A stretch of 64,000 nt of DNA, taken from positions 63,988 through 127,987 of the IMG/VR virus record IMGVR_UViG_3300028832_000004; one strand, 5' to 3'. The stretch is from a virus (lineage: Duplodnaviria > Caudoviricetes). The position numbers and the translations under genes were made by a program. Shown in pieces: positions 41,789 to 51,624 of this stretch. Every line of letters begins with the position of its first letter. Position 1 is the stretch's first letter. The notes under the pieces were generated by a model. That model was not told the origin of the DNA. It worked only from the letters and a program-made list of their open reading frames with translations, and searched no databases.

Positions 41789-43659
41789 TATTTAGCCTCC
41801 GTAAGATAAATGGACAAATCGTTTCTTGAAACATACTCATCCGTTCCAAGTTGCACGTGATCGCCGGGTGTCGTGCCGATTGAATCGGCGTCATTCCTTG
41901 CCATTGTAATATACACCTTCGTTATGCCGAATGCCTCGGTTAGCTTGGTATGAAGCTCCGCGCCGGACAAATATTTTCCGACGTTGTAGCACACATATCT
42001 TTGGATAAAACGGGTAATCTCCTCGTTCTCCTTATGGGCTCCGGTATACTTGCATGTAATGGCGACTTTTGCCGAGGTGCACGGTTCAACAACCACGGAT
42101 GTGAAGCCAAGTTTTGAGGCGATTCCAAAATAGCCTTTCAATTCAAGTTCGTATGCCGCCTGCGTAATCGGGACATAATCATCAATCTTGTAGGCGCTAT
42201 ATGGCGAATCGCTAGGAAGGGCATCAAGATCCTCCTGCGAAATCCAATAGGCGGCTCCATCGTCCGTCCCGGGCTCAACCCCGTAGACATCCGCAATCGC
42301 CACATAGAGCATCGCGGTGCCTGCATGATAGACGATATTCCCGGGCGAATAGGCATGCTTGCCTTCCCAATATCGTCTTCCAGCCGCCATGAGTCCGGAT
42401 AACACAATTGTCGCGTTATCATAGCGGAACGCGGTTTCGGCATTCAGTCCCATGGTCTTCAAGGACGCATATATGTCTGCGGGGACAATGACCTGCCATC
42501 CGCTATTTACATCCGTCGGAAGCGCCCCGTGTATACTGCCGCGATCCTTCGGCAAGGCAACGTATAAGGCGTTTTCAAATTCAACCATCGCGCCATGCGG
42601 GTATACAATTTCCCCGTTATATTCCTTTACGGGGAAGTGTCGGTTTTGTTCGCGGCGTGCCGCACAGGATTTAATCAGCGGGATTTTCATAATCTCCGTA
42701 ACCAAATCCTTTTCATCCGTAATCTTTCCGGAGGCGAACGTTTCAGCAACTGCCCTGGACCTGAACATTTCCGGGGTATCCCCGGTGCTTGGCTTATTCA
42801 GTAGAGGTACGCCATTCTTATTCAAGGGCGTCACATCGCTATTGAACCCTATGGTTTCATTTGCCGCTTCGGCCAAACTGTCCGTTTTTATGTAGGAGAT
42901 GCGTACTGCAGTGATATTTGCAAACGATTCCTTATTGTTGTAGCCCGCCCCATATACTTCGCCATCGCCGAGCGTAATGACCAGGCCACGTGCCGTGTGC
43001 TGACAAAGAACCAAATAGTCCGTATCGGTATAGGAAAGGAGTTCCGCCATGGAAAAGATCGGCACAACGTCCTTGTCAATTCCATCGAGATGTATACGTA
43101 CGGACGGGGTCCAAATAGCCTTATATGTTTCGGGGACATATACAGCTTGGAACGTGCCCGGGGTTAAGTCAATATCGCTTGCCGCAAATTCCTGCGTGAC
43201 ATATTGTCCGGCGCAGTATAATGCTTCATATTTTTGCTCGCCGAGAGCAGTCTTTTCGTCCAGCTTATTGAATTCATAAAGAATCAGGTTTGCGCTGGAC
43301 CCATCGCGTAATGTAATGGAGCCCACCGAGCTGTAGAGATTGTAATCGCGCAAGGATGCAAAAATAAACGGGTTTCCGGAAGGTATGAGCGGCGGGGTGA
43401 TGCTTTCAATTGAGTTAAGAAGAAAGCCTTCGCCCAATTTAAGCAAGTAGGCGTCGTTCGCCCTCAAAATGTCCATATTAAGCAGGTGTGACGCGGCTCT
43501 CGCCGTGATCATATCGTCGCCATAGGACAGCATTTGAACTACGCCGCGTGCCTGCATGCCATACAATGCGGACAACTTATTAAGCGCATTAGGCGCAGTG
43601 CCTAAACGTTCCTGAATGGTTTTATTAGCAAGTGCAAAGTGATCAAAAAATTGCTGCAC
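41788..43659 (-). CDS. baseplate wedge (gp6/J-like) protein with two inserted CBM5/12-like modules
   Basis: GDTPEMFRSRA..KITDEKDL baseplate-J-like segment; YNGEIVYPHG and YWEGKHAYSPGNIVY modules. Confidence 0.6.
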   Translation of the reverse strand: MQQFFDHFALANKTIQERLGTAPNALNKLSALYGMQARGVVQMLSYGDDMITARAASHLLNMDILRANDAYLLKLGEGFLLNSIESITPPLIPSGNPFIFASLRDYNLYSSVGSITLRDGSSANLILYEFNKLDEKTALGEQKYEALYCAGQYVTQEFAASDIDLTPGTFQAVYVPETYKAIWTPSVRIHLDGIDKDVVPIFSMAELLSYTDTDYLVLCQHTARGLVITLGDGEVYGAGYNNKESFANITAVRISYIKTDSLAEAANETIGFNSDVTPLNKNGVPLLNKPSTGDTPEMFRSRAVAETFASGKITDEKDLVTEIMKIPLIKSCAARREQNRHFPVKEYNGEIVYPHGAMVEFENALYVALPKDRGSIHGALPTDVNSGWQVIVPADIYASLKTMGLNAETAFRYDNATIVLSGLMAAGRRYWEGKHAYSPGNIVYHAGTAMLYVAIADVYGVEPGTDDGAAYWISQEDLDALPSDSPYSAYKIDDYVPITQAAYELELKGYFGIASKLGFTSVVVEPCTSAKVAITCKYTGAHKENEEITRFIQRYVCYNVGKYLSGAELHTKLTEAFGITKVYITMARNDADSIGTTPGDHVQLGTDEYVSRNDLSIYLTEAK

Positions 43660-43800
43660 GATACCCTCGGGAGTGTAAAAGGGCGCATCGCCCTTTCCTA
43701 AATATAGACTTATTGAAAACCAATATCAAGCAATGACTGAAAACGGGGCCGCCAATTACGGCGCCCCCGTCCCTATACGGGTTGTATTGATGACCCAACC

Positions 43801-44469
43801 TTAATTCTGTTTCTTTGAGATGACGGACACCAGCGTATTCGAATCCGCGTATGCATCTATAAAGTCGCCGGCGTTGCCGTCGTATAGCTTCCATGGGCGA
43901 TCATCCTGCCCTTCATATTGAATTGAATATATAACGGGAACAGTATCGGGCTTTTGGGCAATGAGAACTTCCTCGCCTACGGTTTCAAAGGAGACACCCC
44001 ACCCGGCATCTTTCAATGCGGATGCCAATGCCTTATAGCCGTCAGGGTTGACCGTGCCCCAATTTTCTTCGGACATTTTTGATTCTGCGGCGCCGTTGAT
44101 AGAACGCGTAAGCATTGATTCAATCACGTCCATAAGATCGGATCTTCCGCACATTTCATCCTCGATTATGGTTTTGCCATCCGGGGTCATGCGCATGACC
44201 TTATAGTCACTGGTATGTGTTGCACTTGCGAATTTCACATCCACCAAGGCGGCAATTTTAGTGAAAACGCCATTATGGGCGCCGATACGGAATGTATCGT
44301 AGCAATGCGTTTTGTCATCCAGGAGCAGGCTGACGGCGCAGTCATATCCAAGGTCTTCCACCACGCGTCGAATTTCAGGGTAGAGTTTGTTTTCGAGTTC
44401 GTCGAAATCCTTGAGTCGGTCTTGAAGTTCTTCCCTTTGGGGCTTCAGGTCAAAAAGAATACTTGCCAT
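43801..44469 (-). CDS. putative internal head protein
   Basis: Two modules joined by ESKMSEE. Confidence 0.6.
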   Translation of the reverse strand: MASILFDLKPQREELQDRLKDFDELENKLYPEIRRVVEDLGYDCAVSLLLDDKTHCYDTFRIGAHNGVFTKIAALVDVKFASATHTSDYKVMRMTPDGKTIIEDEMCGRSDLMDVIESMLTRSINGAAESKMSEENWGTVNPDGYKALASALKDAGWGVSFETVGEEVLIAQKPDTVPVIYSIQYEGQDDRPWKLYDGNAGDFIDAYADSNTLVSVISKKQN

Positions 44470-44473
44470 TTCA

Positions 44474-44755
44474 TTACCTCAGGTCTTCAGGTTGATAGCC
44501 AAACTGGGCGGCGATATGCGCCAACACCGCCCGCATTATAATTTTACGTTCCGGGGAGTTAAGCTTGTTATCCTTGACGTCCGGGTCCGTATTCGCAATG
44601 TAATTTCCTGCATAAGTGGCGAGGGCGGTGACTTCGTGTAGGGCCTTATCTAATTGGCCGTCTTTCTGCAGCTTATCGAGAACCTTGCGCACTTCCTTCA
44701 TGGTGATGCGGTTCAAGACTGCTTCATTCTTTTCAACGAGATTTAGTTTTCGCAT
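44474..44755 (-). CDS. putative internal head protein
   Basis: MRKLNLVEKNE N-terminus; GAGGA RBS. Confidence 0.65.
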   Translation of the reverse strand: MRKLNLVEKNEAVLNRITMKEVRKVLDKLQKDGQLDKALHEVTALATYAGNYIANTDPDVKDNKLNSPERKIIMRAVLAHIAAQFGYQPEDLR

Positions 44756-44784
44756 AAAATCCTCTTTCAACCTAAAGATGCGGC

Positions 44785-45756
44785 CTAGCCCTGTGGACCG
44801 CTATCCTGCCCAATTTGAAGAGTATCATTCAAGGATGCAAATTCATCCTTGAATAACCCCTTGAGATCGTCCGCAGTAGTGAAGCTCAATTCGGCGACAA
44901 TTTCGGAAGTCCCATTCATGACATTGTCGGCATAACGCGCCACAACGCCTGCATCCGGAAGAATGCGCCAAGATACGCCGCATAGTGCACCATCTAAGGT
45001 TTTCGGGAAGACATCAATGCCGCTGTGGCGTTGGTCATCATCCATGTCACATGTAAAGAGCTTTGCCCCGGATTCGGAGTACGCGGAGGTCACCGCACTT
45101 TTCGCTGCATCATTTGTTACTGGTCCGTCCGTGGATTCCGGCTTCGGCTCACCTTTCCCGGAAAGTTTTGCCTGCAAATCCTTAAACGCGCCAGTAAAGT
45201 ATTCTTCCAAATCGCCCAAGGTGTCCATCTCGACGGACTTTACCGGTTCCTTGTCGCGGCTGGCGTTGTATTGGTCCGCCGTGATTTTTTCGCCGTCGCC
45301 AAAATTAATATCCCATTTGACGTCAACGTCCTTTTTACCATGGGGGTCCTTCGTATAGATGATTACGGAGTTTCCAAGGCGTACAATATCCAATTTGAAA
45401 TCAACGGCATCGCTGGCGCTCCATGCAGAGCGTGCTGCTGCCTGAATTTGGCGTGAATCTAATTTTTCGGAAGCTTCCGCCTTATTTTCGATAATGCCGT
45501 AATAGCGGGCATAGTCGTCGAACGCGTCCTTATAGCAGGCGGGCACTTTTGACTTTGCCGCAGCATAACTAAGATGTTCAACCAAATCGTCGAAGAAGCT
45601 CCACAAAGACTTTCCGATATATTTGCGAGTATACTTGTTGGCAGGGTCGGAGTCGTAAGGGGCTGTTATGCGCTTGCCCTTGGACCAGCCGGTTTCACTG
45701 CCTTCGCCAATATGGTGCGTCACCCCGCCCTTTTTTAGAATACGTGATTGGTACAT
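44785..45756 (-). CDS. multi-module putative internal head protein
   Basis: First module paralogous to that of 46040-47116. Confidence 0.65.
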   Translation of the reverse strand: MYQSRILKKGGVTHHIGEGSETGWSKGKRITAPYDSDPANKYTRKYIGKSLWSFFDDLVEHLSYAAAKSKVPACYKDAFDDYARYYGIIENKAEASEKLDSRQIQAAARSAWSASDAVDFKLDIVRLGNSVIIYTKDPHGKKDVDVKWDINFGDGEKITADQYNASRDKEPVKSVEMDTLGDLEEYFTGAFKDLQAKLSGKGEPKPESTDGPVTNDAAKSAVTSAYSESGAKLFTCDMDDDQRHSGIDVFPKTLDGALCGVSWRILPDAGVVARYADNVMNGTSEIVAELSFTTADDLKGLFKDEFASLNDTLQIGQDSGPQG

Positions 45757-45782
45757 ATAACAATCCTCTAAAATATATTTAC

Positions 45783-46022
45783 TTAGCCTTTCAGTCCGAG
45801 CTTTCCTTCGACATCGCTGATAAGGGTATCAAGGCCCTTGAGAATGTAATCCATTAAGGAAATTTTCGCCTGATCCGCAGTTCTTTCGGTCGGCTGGAAG
45901 CTGTCGACAATCCCGGAGAGATGGTCAAGGCGTGACATGGTATCATCCTTGCGTTGGTCAAACACTTCCGCTGCGACATCATCCTCGTTTTTCTTGACCT
46001 CATATTTCTTCTTAATATACAT
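45783..46022 (-). CDS. putative internal head protein
   Basis: MYIKKKYEVKKNE N-terminus. Confidence 0.65.
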   Translation of the reverse strand: MYIKKKYEVKKNEDDVAAEVFDQRKDDTMSRLDHLSGIVDSFQPTERTADQAKISLMDYILKGLDTLISDVEGKLGLKG

Positions 46023-46039
46023 GGGTTGCTCCTTTTGAT

Positions 46040-47116
46040 TTATACCTTGTCCGCGTAGCTTTTCATACGTGCCAAATGTTTTTCGGCATCGTCTTTCTTT
46101 GGGAATGAGGCGAGGATGCGCCCGTCGGCGTGGCTACGAATCACCCACGGAGCGTCCTCGCCTTTTGAATTCTTGTGCCCTTTTTCATATTCGAGCTTTT
46201 CGTAGGCGGATTCGCCTACCGACTCCATAACGCCAAGGGACTTGAGATCCTTCTTCCAGTCTTTGAGGCTGCGGCCTACATAATACTTTCCGTCCTTCGT
46301 AAGGACATATGCGCACCATGGGACCAAAGAACCGGATAATTCTTTTCCGGCCTTTGTAAATTCAAAATATTGGGAATGATCATTGAAGAACCAACGCCAG
46401 CCATTTTTTTCCATGTAGGCCTTGATCTTGTCGATTTCATATGGCTCATCGAGCGAGCCGACAAGCTTTTCTTCCGCACCATCGCCCCTACCGGACTTAA
46501 TCATTCCGGCGAGGCCCCTTGCAAGCGCCTCAAGCCCATTGGCATCTTCCGGACAGTCGATGCGGGTATCCGGGATATTTCTGCCTTTATAGGCGATTTT
46601 AAAATTCCCATCGCCGGCCGGGGAATAAACTTTCACTTCAAGATGCGGATTGCGCCCCGGATCATTTTTATCGACCACGGCTACCATGGGGTATACATCA
46701 TCATAAGAGCGAATCGCCAAGGAGGATTCCGGTCCGCCCAATTCATTGCCGAGCATTATGGCGAAATAATTACGGACGGCGGTTGCTGCCTTGAATCCGG
46801 CATTATTAGGGAACTGCACGTTCCCTTCCGACTGCCCGGCACCGTTCTTTTCTTCCATATTATAAAACTGGACGTATGCATCAAACGCCGGAATGTAGCG
46901 TTGCGGGACGCGCGTGCGGGCAACCGCCGCCTTGAATCTTCGAATTAGGCTGTCGAAGAAGGTTTCCACTTCCTCGCCATAGAACGGCTTGATATATTTG
47001 TCATTGGGGTCTGTGGATGGTCCTTCTTTGGCAATGATATTGTCAAAGGCGGAAAACAGCTTTCCGATGGCGCTTTCCTCTGCCGCATTCTTGCGTGAAT
47101 TCAATTTGATATGCAT
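46040..47116 (-). CDS. multi-module putative internal head protein
   Basis: MHIKLNSRKN N-terminus; C-terminal PWVIRSH..GRILASF..A.KHL module. Confidence 0.65.
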   Translation of the reverse strand: MHIKLNSRKNAAEESAIGKLFSAFDNIIAKEGPSTDPNDKYIKPFYGEEVETFFDSLIRRFKAAVARTRVPQRYIPAFDAYVQFYNMEEKNGAGQSEGNVQFPNNAGFKAATAVRNYFAIMLGNELGGPESSLAIRSYDDVYPMVAVVDKNDPGRNPHLEVKVYSPAGDGNFKIAYKGRNIPDTRIDCPEDANGLEALARGLAGMIKSGRGDGAEEKLVGSLDEPYEIDKIKAYMEKNGWRWFFNDHSQYFEFTKAGKELSGSLVPWCAYVLTKDGKYYVGRSLKDWKKDLKSLGVMESVGESAYEKLEYEKGHKNSKGEDAPWVIRSHADGRILASFPKKDDAEKHLARMKSYADKV

Positions 47117-47201
47117 ACCCTACCAATATAAATGATTTATCTAAAAATACATTCATTCGGCATAAGAGCCCACCGGTACGCCTAAACGGTATATTAGTCC
47201 T

Positions 47202-50200
47202 ATGGAATATGCAAAAGAAGATTTGAGCAAATTGTCCAAGCGTGAACTCTACGCGGCGGCGGCGGCTGCAGAAGGATATGAGTCCGTTCCGGTGGACATT
47301 GATACGTTTTTGGACGACCCTTACTATTTGGGGCAGACGTATGGGGATGGCGCTGTATACCCCTACTGGCGTGAAGCCTTGCATAAAATTTACCCGAACC
47401 CGCTGTATTCGCCGTATGTGGAAGTATGCCTCTCCGGGGACACTGAAGTTGACTTGCTTGATGGCACCGCCAAAACAATGCGGCAAATTTGCGAAGAAGG
47501 GCCGAACCATGTGTTTTGGGTACTTGCTTTCAATATGCACACCAAGGAATGGGAACCTTGCAAGGCAGGCGCCGCCAAGATGACCGGGATTAAGCCCGTC
47601 TATAAGGTTACCCTGGACAACGGCAAGTGGTTCAAGGCGACCGGAAATCATAAGATTTTAGGAAAGGACAACCGGTGGCATCGGACCGACTCATTGAAGG
47701 TCGGCCAATCGTTAATGCCATATAATCTCCAATATGACCCTAATGGCTATGCCTATATATGGGACAACTCCGCCCAGTGCCTTTTGAAACGGGCGCGACT
47801 TGTCCAGCGCTGGAAAAACAATATTCCGGAAAAGCATCATACCCATCATAAAGATCAAAATCGCCGTAATGATGTGCCTGAAAATATTATTGCGCTAGCA
47901 CCCGCGCGGCATTTGGCAATACATAATCGCTTGCTGCATGCAGCGCTATCCAACCATGAGACCGCATCCCTTTTAAAAGCGAAAATATCGGCGGGCCAGC
48001 ACGCGTACATACATGCACATCCCGAATTATTTGCTGAAAAATGCCGTAAAGGAGGGCTCGCCTCTTGGGCATTGAAGACCCCGGAGGCCATTGCAAAGAT
48101 GCGTACCGGACAGAAGGCATGGGTTAATTCGCCGGAAGGAAAGGCTAACTCTAGTAGGATAATCACGGAATACAATAGGTCGCACATGCCCGAATTACGC
48201 GCACGTGGACCGATTTCTGCCCGAAAGAAATGGGCAAATGCGTCCGACGCAGAACATCAGCGTGCCGCCCGCCACATGAGCGCCATGAATGCCAACCCTG
48301 AATTTCAGGCAAAGGCGGTTGCGGGGAATAGAGCGGCAAATCTAGATAAGCTCTTGCGTCGCCTTAACCAAATGTCAGGACTTCAAAATACCCATCCCAA
48401 AAAACTGCCATACCCGCTTCAAAAAGTAATTGCGCGTAATTTTGGCTGTTTTAAGCCCGGGACAGAGAATATAGATGATGAATTGCTTGTGGGAAAATGG
48501 CCGGAAATCGTGGAGAAGGCACACAACTATAATCACCGCATCGTATCCATAGAAATTCTCCCACCGGAACCGGTATATAATTTCACAGTTGACCGCTTAC
48601 ACAACTACCCACTCGCCTGCGGCGCCATCAGCTCTAACTGTGTAACCGGTTGTATTGGCGCTGGGAAAACAAGCTTTGCCATTATGGGCGCCCTTTACGA
48701 TTTATACCATGTAACCCTTCTTCGCGCGCCGCAGCGGAAGTATAAGCTTTTGCGCACCACCCGCATCATCATGTCGCTTGTCACCGCTACCAAGGACCTA
48801 GCGTCCGCCGTTATGGCAAACCAAATGCTTGATGTTATTGCCGCATCACCATACTTTGTTTCAAAATTCATGCCTAAAAAAGGCGAGAAACTGGACGAGG
48901 ATATGTTCCCGCATCATGTTGGAGTGGGCTTCGGATCCCGCGGCGGACACAACTTGGGCAAGGCAGTTATCGGCGCCATCATTGATGAAGCGAACTTTCA
49001 GGAGGCGGTCGCCGACCAGGCGGTGAAGAACTACGAAACCATCACGCGCCGTATGAAATCTCGTTTCATGGGAAAGAATGGCTCATTGCCGTGCAGGCGT
49101 TGGCTTGTATCTTCCCGTAACGGCGACTCGTCATTCCTTGAGTCGCATATAGAGTCCGTTAAAAACAACCCCGAAGTGATAGTCTTCGCACCTGCTATAT
49201 GGGATATCCAAAAAGTCAAAGGAATTTATAGCGGAAAGACGTTCCCTGTCTTCATCGGCTCAAGCACCGAACAGCCGATGATTTGCACCACAGAAAAGGA
49301 AGTCGACGATCACGCCGGATTCATTATAGACGTTCCGGTTGAGTACCGGAACGAATTTGAGGAAAATCTTCCCGGTGCATTGATGGACTTGGCCGGCGTT
49401 GCCAACCGCTCATCAATGGCCCTTGTTTATAATGTCGAGAAATGGATTAAATGCCAGTCGCTCGATAACGCTGTCACGAAGGACGAAATCATGCTTTCGA
49501 TTGATGGCAACGACCACCTGATAGACTACCTGAAGAAGGACCTTCCGCCACTCAGTTATTATGTCCATCTTGACGGCGCCTTGAAAGGGGACCGTTTCGG
49601 GTTTGCCATGTCCGCCGTCGAAAAGCAAATGACTGTTGCCGGAAATGATTTCTTGACCGGCGAAAAGACCGTGCGCCTTATGCCTGCCCTCGTTACCCCG
49701 ATTTGTTTTGGCATCAAGGCAAGGCCCGGATCCGAAGTGCCGCTGTGGAAGGTGCGCAAGTTCCTGCTTGACCTGAGAAACAAAGGTGTACGCATTATGC
49801 AGGTGTCAACCGACGGATTCCAATCCGCCGATATGCGCCAGCTTCTTGCCAAGATGGGTTTTGAAGTCAAATATGTGTCCGTGGATACTACAAAGGAACC
49901 CTACCTGCAATTCGCATCCGGCATCAACCATGGGACCGTCAAGGTGCCGAAAAGCAATATTCTTGATTTTGAGGTGCGCAACCTTCAAAATCAGGAGAAG
50001 AAGATTGACCACCCGGCGAAGGTGATGGTCGATGGCAAATATGTCAAAGGTGGCAAGGATATTGCGGATGCAGTTGCCGCCAGCCAACATGAGGCGCTGA
50101 TGGCGGCGCAGACCCTTACCGAGTCGTCAATAACATCGCAATTCGGGGAGAATAGCTATATGTCAATGAAGGATCGTCAGGAATATGTGCAGGATTTGAT

Positions 50201-50246
50201 CTTCGGCGAAATGCTAGGCAAGCCGCAGATCAAGACCATGTATTAA
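47202..50246 (+). CDS. terL: terminase large subunit with intein
   Basis: After splicing: Walker A GCIGAGKT, Walker B IIDE, VSS coupling motif, nuclease HLD..D, DGFQS, KDIADAV. Confidence 0.9.
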   Translation: MEYAKEDLSKLSKRELYAAAAAAEGYESVPVDIDTFLDDPYYLGQTYGDGAVYPYWREALHKIYPNPLYSPYVEVCLSGDTEVDLLDGTAKTMRQICEEGPNHVFWVLAFNMHTKEWEPCKAGAAKMTGIKPVYKVTLDNGKWFKATGNHKILGKDNRWHRTDSLKVGQSLMPYNLQYDPNGYAYIWDNSAQCLLKRARLVQRWKNNIPEKHHTHHKDQNRRNDVPENIIALAPARHLAIHNRLLHAALSNHETASLLKAKISAGQHAYIHAHPELFAEKCRKGGLASWALKTPEAIAKMRTGQKAWVNSPEGKANSSRIITEYNRSHMPELRARGPISARKKWANASDAEHQRAARHMSAMNANPEFQAKAVAGNRAANLDKLLRRLNQMSGLQNTHPKKLPYPLQKVIARNFGCFKPGTENIDDELLVGKWPEIVEKAHNYNHRIVSIEILPPEPVYNFTVDRLHNYPLACGAISSNCVTGCIGAGKTSFAIMGALYDLYHVTLLRAPQRKYKLLRTTRIIMSLVTATKDLASAVMANQMLDVIAASPYFVSKFMPKKGEKLDEDMFPHHVGVGFGSRGGHNLGKAVIGAIIDEANFQEAVADQAVKNYETITRRMKSRFMGKNGSLPCRRWLVSSRNGDSSFLESHIESVKNNPEVIVFAPAIWDIQKVKGIYSGKTFPVFIGSSTEQPMICTTEKEVDDHAGFIIDVPVEYRNEFEENLPGALMDLAGVANRSSMALVYNVEKWIKCQSLDNAVTKDEIMLSIDGNDHLIDYLKKDLPPLSYYVHLDGALKGDRFGFAMSAVEKQMTVAGNDFLTGEKTVRLMPALVTPICFGIKARPGSEVPLWKVRKFLLDLRNKGVRIMQVSTDGFQSADMRQLLAKMGFEVKYVSVDTTKEPYLQFASGINHGTVKVPKSNILDFEVRNLQNQEKKIDHPAKVMVDGKYVKGGKDIADAVAASQHEALMAAQTLTESSITSQFGENSYMSMKDRQEYVQDLIFGEMLGKPQIKTMY
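47427..48638 (+). mobile_element. 404-aa intein with HNH homing endonuclease
   Basis: CLSGDT start, ATGNH block B, HHKDQNRRND..N..H HNH core, VYNFTVDRLHNY..SSN/C end. Confidence 0.9.
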
Positions 50247-50284
50247 TGCGCCGGAAACGCGCATATACGCCCTTTAAATAAAGA

Positions 50285-50306
50285 AGGCGGGCATTTGCCC
50301 GCCTTT
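50285..50306. terminator. bidirectional terminator
   Basis: AAGGCGGGC-ATTT-GCCCGCCTT. Confidence 0.8.
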
Positions 50307-50354
50307 AAAATTCATGGCTGTAAAACACCGTTTATGCGCTTATTTATCCGCTCC

Positions 50355-50693
50355 TTACATAGCGTCAGGGTCCGGGAGGTAGTCGCTGATGACGGCGCTT
50401 CTATCGGACGGGGATGCGAACGCAAACACCAGGTTGCTGCCGCCGATGGTAAGCAAATACTTAAAGTCAAGCGCACCCATTGCATTCTTGAGATCGAAAA
50501 CACCGGCATCGCCATCCCATCCGGATTCTTCCCCGTTGCTTTGCGCTTCCTTGAATTGTTCGTGAATGTCCTCCACCAAGGCACGAAGGCCCTTTTCATT
50601 GGTAAAGGCGGGAACATAGACGAGGTCCTTCTCCACCGTCGGCAACTTGGCCAGCTTTTCGTGCTTGGATTCATATTTCTTCTTGATATACAT
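50355..50693 (-). CDS. putative internal head protein
   Basis: MYIKKKYESKHE N-terminus. Confidence 0.65.
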   Translation of the reverse strand: MYIKKKYESKHEKLAKLPTVEKDLVYVPAFTNEKGLRALVEDIHEQFKEAQSNGEESGWDGDAGVFDLKNAMGALDFKYLLTIGGSNLVFAFASPSDRSAVISDYLPDPDAM

Positions 50694-51304
50694 TATCCGG
50701 ATACCTCCGAATCATTCAGCTTGTCGTATTCTGCGCCAAGATTTTCGGCAACAGAATCATTCAAGGATGATTCAATTATTTGTGTAACATCTTTCAATGG
50801 GCAGCCGACCGCATCAGCCGCCTGCATGAATTCGGGATTGGACTCAAGGCTGTCGACAAGCGCCTGCATATTCGATGCATCGTATCCCCAAAAATCGCCG
50901 ACATAATCGTCCGACGTAACTCCGGAAAAAATTCCGAGGACAAATGCTTGAAGAACCGCCTTTGCCGTTTCAACCGCGTTATGCACCTTCAAGGTGGCAT
51001 TGTAGCCGCTATCGCCGCCATCGCGCCAATAACGGACATCCGTCTCGAAATCCTCGAATACATCGGCAAGCCCCTCATCCATTTGATCCCAATTCGAAAC
51101 TTTCCCTGTCAGCGCCTTAAACGAATTGGAGGCGCCGAGTAGACCTAAAAGCAAATTGGAGCCGGTGATAACGCTGCCATGCTCCTCGCGCTCGCTATAC
51201 TCATATACAACGGAGTCGCCGCCTTGTTTGAAATATCCGACGACAGATTCCGTCTTGGAATCGTAGGTGCGGCGCTCATTCTTTACAAGTTTGAGCTTTC
51301 GCAT
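50693..51304 (-). CDS. putative internal head protein
   Basis: MRKLKLVKNE N-terminus. Confidence 0.65.
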   Translation of the reverse strand: MRKLKLVKNERRTYDSKTESVVGYFKQGGDSVVYEYSEREEHGSVITGSNLLLGLLGASNSFKALTGKVSNWDQMDEGLADVFEDFETDVRYWRDGGDSGYNATLKVHNAVETAKAVLQAFVLGIFSGVTSDDYVGDFWGYDASNMQALVDSLESNPEFMQAADAVGCPLKDVTQIIESSLNDSVAENLGAEYDKLNDSEVSG

Positions 51305-51307
51305 ACA

Positions 51308-51610
51308 TTATGCCTCCAGTATCTTCTTTACAATATCGGCCGCCTTTTCGGAATCCACGTTCGGAACCTGAATGGTCAATTCGTCACCGGACATGTACAT
51401 GGTGATAGGGGCCTCGGCAGAAATGGAGGTGCCAAACAGGACGGCGTCTTCGTCCTCGGCACCGCCAAATTTGAATGTCAGTGTCTTGGCGGCATCGGAA
51501 TACGTAACCGCCGTGCCGTACTGGTCGCGGATCATAATGCCGCCCGGAATAGCCTTGGTGGCATACGAATCGCCCTTGACCATTTCATCGAATAAATCTT
51601 GCACTTTCAT
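51308..51610 (-). CDS. hypothetical virion-associated protein
   Basis: AGGAG RBS, follows the neck gene. Confidence 0.65.
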   Translation of the reverse strand: MKVQDLFDEMVKGDSYATKAIPGGIMIRDQYGTAVTYSDAAKTLTFKFGGAEDEDAVLFGTSISAEAPITMYMSGDELTIQVPNVDSEKAADIVKKILEA

Positions 51611-51624
51611 AAGTTGCTCCTATA

